Below, in pieces: positions 1 to 11,357 of a stretch of 64,000 bases of DNA. This DNA is from Phyllosticta citribraziliensis. Lineage: Eukaryota. Under the pieces are notes generated by a model. That model ran no database searches, was not told the DNA's origin, and saw only the letters and a list, made by a program, of their open reading frames with translations. The translations under genes and the position numbers were made by a program. The stretch is from positions 868,001-932,000 of the forward strand of contig NW_027117338.1 of the NCBI RefSeq assembly GCF_038025025.1, written 5' to 3'. Numbering within the stretch: position 1 is the first letter of the stretch; each line of letters opens with the position of its first letter.

Positions 1-396
1 GTCTCCTTTCGCGACGCCTTTTACTCCGGTGCCAGCGGCGATGACTTCGGCGACTCCCTCGTTACCACCCACAGCGATTGGGTTTGGTGTGCTCATGGTG
101 GTGGTGAAGGTCGGCTTGGATGGGTATACGCCTTGGATTTGGTTGATGTCGGCTGGATTGATCGGAGAGGCGAGGAAACGGAGGGTAAGTGCATCGCCAT
201 GTGCGGGGGATATCGAGTGAGTGTGTAGGCTTAGAACGTTTTCGGGCTCGCCATAATCTTTGAAGACGAGGGCTCGGGCTTGCTCGTAGCCGTATGCGGA
301 GATGCGACGAATCTGCGAAACGGCGGGGTGACCGAAGGCGCGAGCGGGAGAAGCGAAAGGCCTTGCGGCCGTCGAGAGAATCCGGGTCGATGCCAT
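1..396 (-). CDS. ETR1: Mitochondrial trans-2-enoyl-ACP/CoA reductase (MDR family), 5' part; runs off the window edge
   Basis: Manual translation from ATG at 396 gives MASTRILSTAARPFASLARAF... (Arg/Ser/Ala-rich presequence), then ...YGEPENVLSLH...LRFLASPINPADINQIQGVYPSKP...VGGNEGVAEV, the typical Etr1/MECR N-terminus. Not in the ORF track because no stop lies inside the window. Confidence 0.92.
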   Translation of the reverse strand, partial: MASTRILSTAARPFASPARAFGHPAVSQIRRISAYGYEQARALVFKDYGEPENVLSLHTHSISPAHGDALTLRFLASPINPADINQIQGVYPSKPTFTTTMSTPNPIAVGGNEGVAEVIAAGTGVKGVAKGD

Positions 397-622
397 AGTC
401 ACTTGAGTCTGAGGAGTGGCTGTTGTGGAAGAAGCAAGCGTGAAAGTTCGCGGGGCTTGAGGTGTTTGGAATTTGTGGTCAGAGCTTCAGCCCGACGTCA
501 TACCAAGGTTGGCGGGCCGTCGGCTTCGGCCAACGGGAAGTCGATATTAACCAAACCCAGTCTACTTTGTTCTTCTCAAAACCCAGACCTTTAGATCTTC
601 TTATGACAATTCATCGACCGGC

Positions 623-1791
623 TCATTCCTCGTCCACCCAAGCTGCACCGTCTTCAAAAACTTTTTCAGGCCCTGAAAACGAAAACCATTCCTCCTCCGT
701 CAACACTCTCGTCACATTTCCAGCCTTCCGGCCTTCCAGATCCCACCCAGGCCCGAAATCGTCGAACTCGGCCATGAAAGTCACTGCATCGACACGCGGT
801 TCCGACGAACTCCACGCCGTGTAGCCCTCCGCTCGTATCGCCTCGCTCAAATATGTCTGCGCAAAGATGGAACGATGAAGACTGTTCCAAGGCCGGCCCA
901 GGCTGCATTTGCCCTTGATATCGGCTGCGATGGAGGTGTTTGCGGGTACGACGGATGACGCGTGCACGTAGACGCCGTACTTGTTTGGCGTCGTCGTGTT
1001 TGTGCCCTTCCACGCCGTGATGCCGCCACCGCAGCCGCGCAACAGCAGCGTCGAATTCTCGATCCATGGGGTTCCGAAGCCGTACAGAAAGTCCGTCTGT
1101 CCGGCGATAACACATTGGTGGAAATAGGCATTTCCTCGCTTGCCGACGTAAACAGTGTCCTGGTAGCTGAAGAAGCGTGTGTAGTAAAAGGCCGCGTTGG
1201 CATAGCTGACACCTACTGCCAGGCTTGGTCCCGCTGAATAAGGAAGGTAGTCGTTGGTAAAGTCGAGGTTGTAAGCACGAAAGTCAGACGTGCCAAATGA
1301 GATATTCGCGGGAACGGCGTATCCCGTTGGACCCGACCCGGTGAGGCTGCTTTCGAGGGTAGGTGCACTGAGGTATAGGCATTATCGAACGTGTTGACAT
1401 CGTTGCCGGTTGCCTCGTGCCAGATCACGCTCACGGTGTTAGAGGAGGCATTGAGCGGAGATTCGGTTTGGCCAAGCAGATTCAATGGACCGGGGCGAGT
1501 AATGTTGAGCTGTTCCTCATATACACCCGGGAGAATCAGAATTGTGGCAGAGGAGTTGTCGCGAGGAAGAGAGAGTATTGCAGACTGGATGCTGGTAAAA
1601 GAGGAAGTGTTGGTGGCGTTTGTGCCAACGAGCAGCGTTCCCAAAGGACAGCCTTGGAGAGGATCGGTGGTGGATGCTTGACATTCGGTGCGGTTGAATG
1701 GTAATGATGTTGCATGTGAGGCACGAACAAGGAGTGTCGCAGTGAAGCTAATCAACAAGCTTCGATTTAAGCTTGATTTGAAGACAGACAT
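623..1791 (-). pseudogene. Secreted pectin methylesterase (CE8) with an apparent frameshift at 1366/1367
   Basis: Signal-like N-terminus and SIQSAI...ILPGVYEEQLNI in frame 1. After DNAYTSV the PME sequence continues only in another frame: APTLESSLTGSGPTG...YQDTVYVG...IAGQTDFLYGFG...LGRPWNSLHRSIF. There is no room for an intron. Could be a true pseudogene or an assembly error. Confidence 0.8.
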
Positions 1792-2438
1792 GACGATCGT
1801 GACAATGCCAGAAATGCATACACGAGAGACAAGCTTTTTGGCCTGAGCATGTCCCTGACGGCCAGCTTTTACACATTTCAGGACTCCGAGGCATGACATA
1901 TACGAACAGGGGGCCTGACAGTCACACGGAACAAATTTCAACTTCCAAAGCTGCAGACTTGACCAGTACCTCCGTCGTAAAAAGGAAATAGAAAATTGCG
2001 GGGATGAGGGGGTTGGAATGCGGGACGTGGAGAAGCAGGGATTGTTCCGTCAATCGGAACGGGCCTCGCGTATGCTCAGAGTGGTTCGTTGGTGGATCTG
2101 CCCCTTTAGGGTAGGCCTCCATCCACACAACTCCTTTCCTGTCGATTCAGTCATTCAGGCTGCTTTGAAGGCTTGCTGCAAATATCCGCAACAGACACAA
2201 GGAGGGATGGGAAGAACGAACACAATCAATGAACAAGACTGGCATTTCCCGCCTTCAACCATTGTTTGGAGATAGATGTGAAGGGCAGACAGCGTTCTAC
2301 AAGAAGCGGACAGGCAGTAGTCAAGGACGAGAGTGTAAAATTGTAGATTGTAGTAGTACCTTCTCATTTGATCCACCATCTGTTTAAATCAACCTTTGTG
2401 CCGCTCCAATTTCCAAATCAGAGTCGACCCATCGTCAG

Positions 2439-3332
2439 TCACTTTTGCTGGTACTTCTCGCCCGTCGCAGTCTTGACAGCCGGCCTCTCCGCGATTCGAT
2501 CAATCCACTTGAGCAAGTGCGGGAACTGCTCCACATCCTTCTTCTCCAGGCCGCTAAACTCCCAACCCGAGACCCACGGCCACGTTCCAATGTCAGCGAC
2601 ACTGTACTTGCCCTTGCCGTTGCCAGCGAGGTAGTCCCGTGGCTCGCCGCTGTACTTGCCCGAGAGCTGGATTTCCAGCACTCCATAGACGCGCAGAGTC
2701 TCGTTGCGGAACCTCTCGATCGCGTACGGAATCTTCTCCTTGGCAAATTTGCCAAAGTGGTTCAGCTGCCCTTGGTACGGCGCACCGCTTCCGTGCCAGA
2801 AGAAGAGCCACTGCAGCGCTTGGCTGCGCTCGAGTTCGTCCTTGAAGCCGAAGACGTCGTCTTTGTCGGCGAACTTGAGAAGGTAGAGCAGCTCGGCCGA
2901 GGTTTCCATGACGGGAAAGGGCGGGTTCTTGGTGTTATCAATCAAGATGGGGATTCTTCCATTTGGATCCAGGCGCAGGAACCAGTCCTTCTTTTGCTCA
3001 TTGGTCATGATGTTGATGAGTGTGGTCGTCCATGTCGTGCCGTAGATGAGAGCGAGTTCTTCGAGCATGATTTGCACCTTTTTTCCATTGGGTGTGCTCT
3101 GAGTGACGAGATGAAGCCCTTTGGCATTCTTGACCTCCGCCGGTGTCTCGTCTGTGTAGAGATGATGAGCCATGTTGGAAAGCGTTGGAGCTGTCGAGTA
3201 TGTTCGGACACGTCGAGAGCTCAGCGTAACAAAGCCAATGTTAGGGCAGTTGACAAGTTTGTGAGGACGAAAAACGTGGGATGATGTTGAGAATCTGGTG
3301 ATTTGTCGAAGAGGGGTGGATCGAATGGACAT
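2439..3332 (-). CDS. Glutathione S-transferase (Ure2p/YfcG-like, TPNG type), intronless
   Basis: Motifs TPNGKKV, LDPNGRIP, METSAELLYL, YSVADIGTWPW. A second in-frame ATG at 3173 (MAHHLY) precedes the GST domain. Confidence 0.9.
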   Translation of the reverse strand: MSIRSTPLRQITRFSTSSHVFRPHKLVNCPNIGFVTLSSRRVRTYSTAPTLSNMAHHLYTDETPAEVKNAKGLHLVTQSTPNGKKVQIMLEELALIYGTTWTTTLINIMTNEQKKDWFLRLDPNGRIPILIDNTKNPPFPVMETSAELLYLLKFADKDDVFGFKDELERSQALQWLFFWHGSGAPYQGQLNHFGKFAKEKIPYAIERFRNETLRVYGVLEIQLSGKYSGEPRDYLAGNGKGKYSVADIGTWPWVSGWEFSGLEKKDVEQFPHLLKWIDRIAERPAVKTATGEKYQQK

Positions 3333-3841
3333 CGTCTGAGAAGGAGGGATGGTGTTTTTTGTACAGTAGCTAGCTGCACATAGGTAAGCCCTTCAGCTAC
3401 CCCTCATGCATGACGCAAGGACCCTCAGGTCGGACGTCAGATTCGTGCCCCACCATTTCTAAGCGCGCATGCTAAATTCCGGAGCTCGCTGTTGCTGGCG
3501 GCGGAAGTGATGGATTTGTAAGAAACCTAATGGCGCACGCGCGCCATCACCACATTGTCCATTCCGCTTCGGCGCTAAACCTTGTTGGGCCTCCGTGGAC
3601 CACCGACCGTCGACACCTTCGGCCAATGTTGACCCCGCCTTCCGCTTACAATATATTCTCTTTCACTTTACGATTCACAACTTGCAGTTTCAACGGCGGC
3701 GGGTCATGATGCTCCGAGTTCTGCAACAGATTGGATTGATCATCCACGATTTTGAGAGATAAACTCTTTCATGCTTTCTTTGACAGCTTCGTTCTCGACC
3801 ACTAAGGAATGCTGGCTCGAAGACAGTCCTGAAAATCCATT

Positions 3842-4981
3842 TCATCGCCCTCCAATGGTAATTATGCTTGCGGTGACTCTGTTGCTTCCCGCTTTACCTT
3901 TCAATGGTCCGCCACCAGCCACCAATATCTTTGACGGATCCCGCAGAACAATAAGACTGCGCGAATATGATGCAGGCTCTGGGCATGATATTTTGGTCCA
4001 TGGCCCCGAAGCGTCCGGCCTTGTATTGATGAAGAGTTCGGAGAAGTCACCGGCGCTGACTACAACTGTTCCGCTCTGTCCTCCAGCTGGGGTCCACACG
4101 ACGTAAGGCGATGATGTAGGGACAGTACCGTCAGTCGCCTTGAGGACTCGACCTTCAGCAGCGTTGAAGTTGAGCGGATCTCTGGAGACGCGGTAGTAGA
4201 CGGCAAAAGGCGCTTCTCGGGCGCCAAAGAACTCGTAAGTCAGGATGTAGTCACCGCTCGGTAACTTGGCAATTGTGGTCATGCCAGGGCGCCACTCATA
4301 GGTGTCGTAGGCAATGTCGTTGACGGGTGGGCTCCAGCTGAGGAGGTCGCGAGAGACGGAGTGGACTAGCTTTTGTCCATGGGCGGGGTCGCGTTGATCT
4401 GTGTAGTAGCACACTAGTTGGCCCTCGTAATCAACGAAGAATGGTTCCCAGACAGGCGTTTCTCCATTCGTTGGAAAGGACCGGCCCCCCTCCGCTACTG
4501 TCGAGACGTGGGTCCAAGTTTTCCTGTTGTGCTTCAGAAGATGACTTTGCTTGTCATCCGAGACCACCTACGCTTGATCGGTACTTGCAAAAATCTCAAT
4601 TTTCGTTCGTGAGCTGTCGGGAGGCACCGCATCTCCTGCGACCAGGATCGTTCCGGCTGGAAATCTCCCAACTTGTCTTGGAAGTTTGTACATCGTAGGC
4701 TGGTAGCGCAGGCCCCACCGATTCACAGTATCCTCGACCCTAGACAGTTCCTGCCAACTCTTGTTCTCGTCCGTTGAACGAAAGACTGGAAAGTAGACAG
4801 GCTCCGGGCCATGGTTCTCCCAAGTTGCCAAGAGGCTGTTGTCGTCGAGAAGAAGGGCTCTGGCGTAGCATGTGCCCGGATCTCTGTAGCTTGGTGGCGA
4901 TTGAAAGACGGTGACGCAATCCACGCAGTAAAAGAGCGTCGCCAAAATTACCACTGAAAAAGAGCATGACCGGAAAGGCAT
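3842..4981 (-). CDS. Secreted GH93-type exo-alpha-1,5-L-arabinanase (BNR/Asp-box propeller); 2 exons
   Basis: Hydrophobic N-terminus, LLATWEN, Asp-boxes STDENKSW and STDQAKTW, GLRYQP, TPVWEPF, YTDQRDPAHGQKLVH, RPGM, YSRSL. A 48-nt GT-AG intron (4524-4571) joins the two ORF-track fragments. Confidence 0.85.
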
Positions 4982-6142
4982 TTTTGTTGCAAATAATTGT
5001 GACGAGAACGAGAAAAAGGTTTACCAGCGGAACAACCACGGCTGCGAGATGTTGATGAATTTCTATTCCTTCGTTAAAGCAAGAGACCAATGCCAAGATA
5101 AGCGACAAGCATCAAGACGCATCCTAGATGCTTGTTTCGTTCAAATGCTGGAGAAATGGGAGGTAATTACCAAACTTTGCTGCTACTGGGCAGTACTGAA
5201 GAATTTTGAAGGCGGAGCTGCTGCACCAAGGATTCCAGTAAACCGCCCAGCAAGCCCAGAAAAGTTCTTTTGCTTCCAGTTCCCAGCGTACTGCGGAGTT
5301 TCCATAGCCACAGGCCGCCGAGCCGATGGCGATGGCCGTTGCTGCATCATCTCTCGGCCTGATGAAAACTTGAGGCTTCGTACACTTCTGAGGCTGCGTC
5401 TCGCTGGACCTTCATTCACTTCAAAGATTTGCGACTGCTTCCAGAGGGAATGATGAGAATGCTCCGTTTGTCCAGCATTTGTCTCATGATACACATGCCG
5501 CAGCTCATGCCGGGCAAGAGACTGGGATGGAGAGATTCGCTTTTGCGAATTTTCGATCAAGACCCTGAAGGGTCTTGGATGATGGGCTCATTTTGTCTCG
5601 AAATCCACACAGGGAGCACAGATCGGCAAGTCGGTGGATGTCGAGCCCCAAGGAACGGACCAGAGGGCAAAGAGATAGATGGAGCGAGGATGTGGTTGGA
5701 AGAACCTAGCGTGCCTTCCTGTCATGCCGCGGGCGGCACGCGGTACGCGTCGGCTAAAACGCGGCAGTCTACTGTAGCCTAGATCGAATGAGGTCATCAT
5801 CCACGGCGAGCGAAATGCTCGCCCGACTTAACACTCACGCACCTTCACATTGCTTCACTATACAATCCACCATTCGAACCTCTACAGCCCGCAGCTGTCA
5901 GCTGTTCTTGCCTGTCGCTCTTTTACTCCTCCTCTCCTCCTCCTTCATCAACCTTGCTTCCGCTTGATCTTCTATTCCCTGTCACACCTCAAGCCATCTC
6001 CCAGGTACATGCGGCTTGCCACATCCCTCGACCAAAGCCTCCAATACCCTCGTCGCTCTCTCGTGGCTCGCTCCACCTCGTCGTTCAATTCGATTTGTTG
6101 ACGTCCTCCGATCATTCCCGCCGCCCAACACCAACCGTCATC

Positions 6143-9100
6143 ATGTCTGAGCCGCTGAGCGGCGACGGCGATATGGCCGCCACTCCTACTTCGCCTCCTA
6201 CTTCGCTATCGAAGCCCTCTGTTGAGGCCGACTCTACCGGATACCAGCCTCCTCAGCAATTGGACAAGGGCAAGGCTCGTGCACAGAACTCTCCCGAGCC
6301 GGAACAGACAGGCCTCGCCAGCGATGACGAAGACGCCAATGAGACAGGATTGCAGTTTCTTTCCAAGATGCGCAACCAAGACGACTTGGAGCGTGATATC
6401 GGCCGCGATGCAGACAAGTTGTTGATCGACCAAGCCGATGAGCGCGACAACAAGCGCATGAATAAAGCATTGGAGGAAAAGGAGCACTGTGTCGCGCAAA
6501 TGAGACAGCTGGAGGAGAAGCTGCGAGGATTGGGGGGATTCACAGTCATGAACAAGTTGCGGGAGAAGATGAAAGAGATGGTGGAACGATTTAACAGTCT
6601 CAACCAGGATATCGTGCAGATCGAGGGTCGCATTGCCGAAAGACACCAGGTTGACAATGCCGATGCGCTGGAAGTGGGTGGGAATAAACAACAGGCTGGA
6701 GAATCTCGCCGAGATTTCCTCATTCGCACCGGCAAGATTACGCCTTTCTCTCGCATGCCGCTGGTTGGTGGGGAGGTTTCTGGTCTGGGCGAAATCATGA
6801 TGGATGCGGAGACAGAGCTCGCTTCCGAAGGTCATGACAAAGCGGCAAATCAGGCTCCGGTCTCCCATCGCAATTTGACCAAACCAGGCTTCAAGTCCGA
6901 GGTCCAAGATGGCCGATCCAAAAGTACAATCGCCAGAGATGCTCCAGCCAGCGTGTCCGAAGCTCCTGAAGCTCCTAGCCCCAGTGACGCCGGCTCTGAC
7001 GAGGCTTATGAGCCCGACCTCGATGATAAACAGCTTGCCGCTCTGGGCGAATGCGAGGATGAAGATGAAGACGACGGAATTGAAGACGACGAGTACGATA
7101 TGACAACGCCTGGTCGCAAGAAGCGCACCCGCCAGCCCAAGTCCACTGGAAGTCGGAAGAAGGCTAGGATTGACCCCGAGGATTTGGATGAAGATGATGA
7201 CACAGACATGGCCGGTGTTGACGACGGCGATGAAGATGTCTACCAGGCTCGTCTGCGCAAGTGGGTAAAACTGCGAAGCGAAGCTCGGCGCCAGGAACAG
7301 GAGCGTCGAGGCCTTCCCAAGGATCCGGAGAATGAGGAAGAATGGACTCTCCCTCACCCGACTATTCCCGACGAAGTACTTGGTGGAGACCTCAAAGTCC
7401 CTGGTGACATTTACCAGTCGTTGTTCGACTACCAAAAGACTGGCGTCCAATGGCTTTATGAACTCTACGGCCGGAATGTTGGAGGCATAATCGGTGATGA
7501 AATGGGCTTGGGTAAAACCATACAGCTCATTTCTTTTCTCGCCGCGCTCCACTACTCCAAGAAACTCACCAAGCCCGTCATCGTCATTTGTCCCGCGACT
7601 GTCATGAAGCAGTGGGTCAATGAATTCCATCAGTGGTGGCCAGCTCTCCGCGTTTCAATCCTGCACGCATCTGGCAGCGGCATGATCGACATGAAGCGCG
7701 AAACGCAGGTGGAGCGAAGTCTGGATGCGCGCCCCAATGGCACCAGGAGAACTCGTCTGACGAAAGCTGAGAAGGCCATCCAGTCTCTCGTCGACAAGGT
7801 TGAGACCGACGGACATGTGCTCGTCACTACGTACTCTGGCCTCCAGCAGTACGCGCAATTCCTCTTGCCGGTCCAGTGGGGCTATGCTGTCTTGGACGAG
7901 GGACACAAGATTCGCAATCCTAATGCCCGTATCACAATTTTCTGTAAAGAATTGCAGACGGCAAACCGGATGATTTTGTCTGGCACTCCCATGCAGAACA
8001 ACCTGACTGAACTTTGGTCACTTTTTGATTTTGTGTTTCCTATGCGCCTGGGCACACTTGTCGACTTTCGCAATTCTTTCGAGGTTCCCATCAAGACTGG
8101 AGGGTACGCCAACGCGTCCAATTTCCAAGTCGAGACAGCCAGGCGCTGCGCTGAGGTTCTCAAGGAAATGATCAGCGGATATCTCCTTCAACGCTTCAAG
8201 GTCGACGTGGCAGCCGACTTGCCGAAGAAGACGGAGCGTGTTCTCTTCTGTCGTTTGACAAAGATTCAGCGGGAAAAGTACGAGGAGTTCCTGGATTCCA
8301 ACGACGTGAAGTCAATCTTCAATGGCAAGCGACAGGCGCTGTACGGCATTGACATTCTGAGAAAAATCACCAACCATCCCGACCTGACTGATCACAAGAT
8401 TATTGAGAAGGTGTCAGACCCCAAGTACGGAAGTGGATCCAAGTCTGGAAAGATGCAGGTTGTCAAGGAGCTTCTGCAAATGTGGAGCAGGCGCGGGCAC
8501 AAGACGTTGCTCTTCGCGCAGCACCGCATCATGCTGGATATCCTCGAAAAGTTTGTGCGCAAGATGGACAACATCAACTTCTTGCGGATGGATGGAACAA
8601 CGGCCATCAAGGATCGTCAGGATATGGTTGACCGGTTCAACAATGATGCTGACATGCATGTATTCTTGCTCACGACCAAAGTCGGCGGTCTAGGCGTCAA
8701 TCTCACAGGTGCGGATCGTGTCATCATTTACGATCCTGACTGGAATCCATCGACAGACCTTCAGGCTCGAGAGCGCGCCTGGCGCCTTGGACAGAAGCGC
8801 GAAGTGGAAATTTATCGCCTGATGACCGCTGGAACGATTGAAGAGAAGATTTACCACCGCCAGATCTTCAAGCAATTCCTCAGCAACAAGATCCTCAAGG
8901 ACCCCACGCAGCGCCAGACTTTTGATATGAGGGACCTCTACGACCTCTTTTCTCTTGGGGACACCAGCGGTGGCGAGACTGAGACATCTTCTCTGTTCAA
9001 GGGCGCCGAAACTCGCTTGTCTCCCGCTGCGGCTGGTGGCGATGGCAAGCCTGGTGCGGAAGAGCTGCAAGCAATGGGCAACATCTACGGCATTGCCCGC

Positions 9101-9913
9101 GGTGAAAACTTCTATGAAGGTCCTGAAGGCGAAACTGGTGCATCTAGCAACACAGCCGAAGGTAGCAACGATGCCAGACAGCCCGAGGGCGCGACCAAGG
9201 ACGAGCGCCTCCTCAACACCATTTTCGCTCGCAGCGGCGTCTCAAGCTCGCTCAATCACGATTCCATCATTGGTGGCAACTCCAAGCTAGGTGCTGAACC
9301 CAACATCATCGCCCGAGAGGCAAAGAAGATTGCCGACGAAGCGGCTCGTGAACTGCAGCGTGCCCGTGACGCCGCGCCCAGGGTGCCCATTGGCACTGTG
9401 ACCTGGACCGGGGAGTATGGCACGGCAGGCCGTCCAGCGTCGCCTCCGCCGTTCCGTCAAGCCGTTGGCATGCAGCGCAATCGCAACGGCAGCGCCGCCC
9501 TCTCTTCACCAGCCTCATCTCGCGCCGGCACACCTGTTGCCAGGGCCTCATCGACGCGCCGAGGCACCCCCCTATCCACCAACGCTGCGCCGGCAGCAAA
9601 CAACGCCAATCTCCTCCATGGCGATGAGCTTGCGGCAGCCATCAAGGCATACCTAGCGTCTAAGCCTAATGGACTCGCCCTGTCAAAGGACCTGACGCTG
9701 CACTTCAAGGCACAGGCCGACACGCGCGAGTTCCGCGCCGCACTTGAGGCTGTTGCGGTGTTTGAGCGCGACCACCGTGGACAAGAGGGCCGCGGCAAGT
9801 GGATGGATCGCGAGGAGTGGGAGCGCCGGCAGCAGCGGGCTGACGCCAGGGAGCGCAAGAGGAGGGCCAGAGTGGAGATGGGCGCGGGCAGGGGCCGCAT
9901 CAGGCGTGGTTGA
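6143..9913 (+). CDS. RAD26: SWI2/SNF2 ATPase for transcription-coupled repair (Rad26/Rhp26/CSB), intronless
   Basis: RDFLIRTGKITPF, LFDYQKTGVQWL, GDEMGLGKT, DEGHKIRN, PDWNPSTDLQARERAWRLGQ, YHRQIFKQFL, and C-terminal TWTGEYG. The first ATG in frame is at 6143. Confidence 0.95.
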   Translation: MSEPLSGDGDMAATPTSPPTSLSKPSVEADSTGYQPPQQLDKGKARAQNSPEPEQTGLASDDEDANETGLQFLSKMRNQDDLERDIGRDADKLLIDQADERDNKRMNKALEEKEHCVAQMRQLEEKLRGLGGFTVMNKLREKMKEMVERFNSLNQDIVQIEGRIAERHQVDNADALEVGGNKQQAGESRRDFLIRTGKITPFSRMPLVGGEVSGLGEIMMDAETELASEGHDKAANQAPVSHRNLTKPGFKSEVQDGRSKSTIARDAPASVSEAPEAPSPSDAGSDEAYEPDLDDKQLAALGECEDEDEDDGIEDDEYDMTTPGRKKRTRQPKSTGSRKKARIDPEDLDEDDDTDMAGVDDGDEDVYQARLRKWVKLRSEARRQEQERRGLPKDPENEEEWTLPHPTIPDEVLGGDLKVPGDIYQSLFDYQKTGVQWLYELYGRNVGGIIGDEMGLGKTIQLISFLAALHYSKKLTKPVIVICPATVMKQWVNEFHQWWPALRVSILHASGSGMIDMKRETQVERSLDARPNGTRRTRLTKAEKAIQSLVDKVETDGHVLVTTYSGLQQYAQFLLPVQWGYAVLDEGHKIRNPNARITIFCKELQTANRMILSGTPMQNNLTELWSLFDFVFPMRLGTLVDFRNSFEVPIKTGGYANASNFQVETARRCAEVLKEMISGYLLQRFKVDVAADLPKKTERVLFCRLTKIQREKYEEFLDSNDVKSIFNGKRQALYGIDILRKITNHPDLTDHKIIEKVSDPKYGSGSKSGKMQVVKELLQMWSRRGHKTLLFAQHRIMLDILEKFVRKMDNINFLRMDGTTAIKDRQDMVDRFNNDADMHVFLLTTKVGGLGVNLTGADRVIIYDPDWNPSTDLQARERAWRLGQKREVEIYRLMTAGTIEEKIYHRQIFKQFLSNKILKDPTQRQTFDMRDLYDLFSLGDTSGGETETSSLFKGAETRLSPAAAGGDGKPGAEELQAMGNIYGIARGENFYEGPEGETGASSNTAEGSNDARQPEGATKDERLLNTIFARSGVSSSLNHDSIIGGNSKLGAEPNIIAREAKKIADEAARELQRARDAAPRVPIGTVTWTGEYGTAGRPASPPPFRQAVGMQRNRNGSAALSSPASSRAGTPVARASSTRRGTPLSTNAAPAANNANLLHGDELAAAIKAYLASKPNGLALSKDLTLHFKAQADTREFRAALEAVAVFERDHRGQEGRGKWMDREEWERRQQRADARERKRRARVEMGAGRGRIRRG

Positions 9914-10441
9914 ACGTTATGAGGACGCGCCGGTGTCCCCTCTCTTTTGAGTCGGCGCCGAGTTGGGTGGTGGGTTGTTGGTGCTTCTTCTTCTCTTCCC
10001 TTTCTTCTCTTGCGAACAGAGGCATTCACACGGCGTACTACAAAACGGTATAGGGTGGGCAGACATTTTGCCTTGACGGCAGCAAGCAAGGAGCATGGTG
10101 TTCGGAACGACTGAATGGGTTTTGCTTCTCTTTTTGCATGTTGTGCGACAGCGGAGCCGGCTGTGGTGGTGGTGGTTAGCATGACGGTGGCAGTGCACCT
10201 TTTCCCTTGCTCTCTCTTTTGGCCTTTCTCCCCTTTCTTCTTCAGGAGGATGGCTGGCTATCCAGGTTAGGCTTTACGATCGATGCGATGATGATAGATA
10301 CCCCAGAGGACGGATGGCACAGGGGTGCGATTGATACCCTCCTCTTTGCTTTACAATCAGTTTAATCAAAACCCGACTTCTCAATTTCTTGACTTGATGC
10401 TGCACCGACGTTTCAAAGTCCACGATGACAGTAGGCACCAC

Positions 10442-10636
10442 CACAGCGGTTGTCGAAGGAAATGAAACCTTCTGGCAACATGAGTGCGTCTGTGGAGCAT
10501 TCGTTTACTACTACGGCTATGGCTAAGGAGCATTCATTTACTACTACAGCTGTGCCCAACGAGCATCCATGCTTTGCTACAGTCACATTTAGGAAGCGGT
10601 CATTCAGTGACGCAGCTAGACCCAGGGAGTCTCATT
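10442..10636 (+). repeat. ~200-bp dispersed element, copy A: unique leader plus four 33-bp units with GGAGCATTC-like cores
   Basis: Colinear with the reverse complement of 45324-45522. Shares the leader TGTCGAA(G/A)GAAATG...ATGAGTGC and the end CTAGACC(C/T)AGGGAGTCTCATT. Cores start every 33 bp. Confidence 0.85.
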
Positions 10637-11357
10637 CCTCCTGACGCCCGCTGAGCCACTGCGGACGTGAAAGTCTGAGGGTGACTCCATGAGGCGGGGA
10701 AAGACACCTGCTTGGTTAAATCGGAATATGCAGGTCCACTGGCAGATGACGGGAGCGGGCTTTCAGCACATGTGCACAAGACGGGACTCAGCGACTGCTT
10801 CGAGATTTTCATTTTAGACTTGTTGTCCTCCTCAGCGTATCCTAGCAAGTTGCACAGGTCGTCGGACCAGGCTTGACTGACGTTGGCTGAACCCTCGAGT
10901 CTGACGCGCACAACACGTGCGCGCCAGACAGCAGGGACGAAATGAAAATATCTATTACACACATCTGTAGTGTTGTATTGAGGAAAAAAGAAGAAATTAG
11001 TGGGAAGAACAACCTGCCCATTACCTCCTAGCCATCTATCAGAGAGCAAGTCGCGTTGGGTGAAAGGTTGTTGTGAAGCGCGTGCTGAGAGAGATCTTGT
11101 AGTTTTGAAGCCTCCTTCTGCAGTGCTGGCAAATGGGAATTTGGAGAAGAAGAATGCCGTCATGTCATGTGGTCCCACGTGCAATGCGAGAAGCCAGAGT
11201 GTCTGCCACTATGCACACCCTGCACCGCCAGAGGTGACCGAGTCGTGAACGTGGCGGACACCGCACAGGAGCGCGGATTTGTCCAAACGGAGTCGCGACT
11301 CGGTAGAGCAACTATTCCACGCAATAGAGTGGATGGCGCCCAGTGGGCTGGGGACTC

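Noticed and set aside
6206..7630. Long antisense ORFs (also 2445-3284, 11866-12720, 32566-33666, 58976-59611)
   Set aside because: Shadow frames of strongly codon-biased real genes, with no recognisable motifs.
10491..10636. CRISPR-like repeat-spacer appearance of the 33-bp arrays (also 45.4 and 50.7 kb)
   Set aside because: The core is only ~10-13 bp and degenerate, spacers within these arrays resemble each other, no cas genes are present, and the host is eukaryotic.
10450..10644. Short ORFs with 11-aa repeats (EHSFTTTA; also 45298-45480 and 50682-50891)
   Set aside because: They follow from the 33-bp period. The two element copies conserve DNA features better than peptide sequence. Not called as genes, though a micropeptide is not formally excluded.
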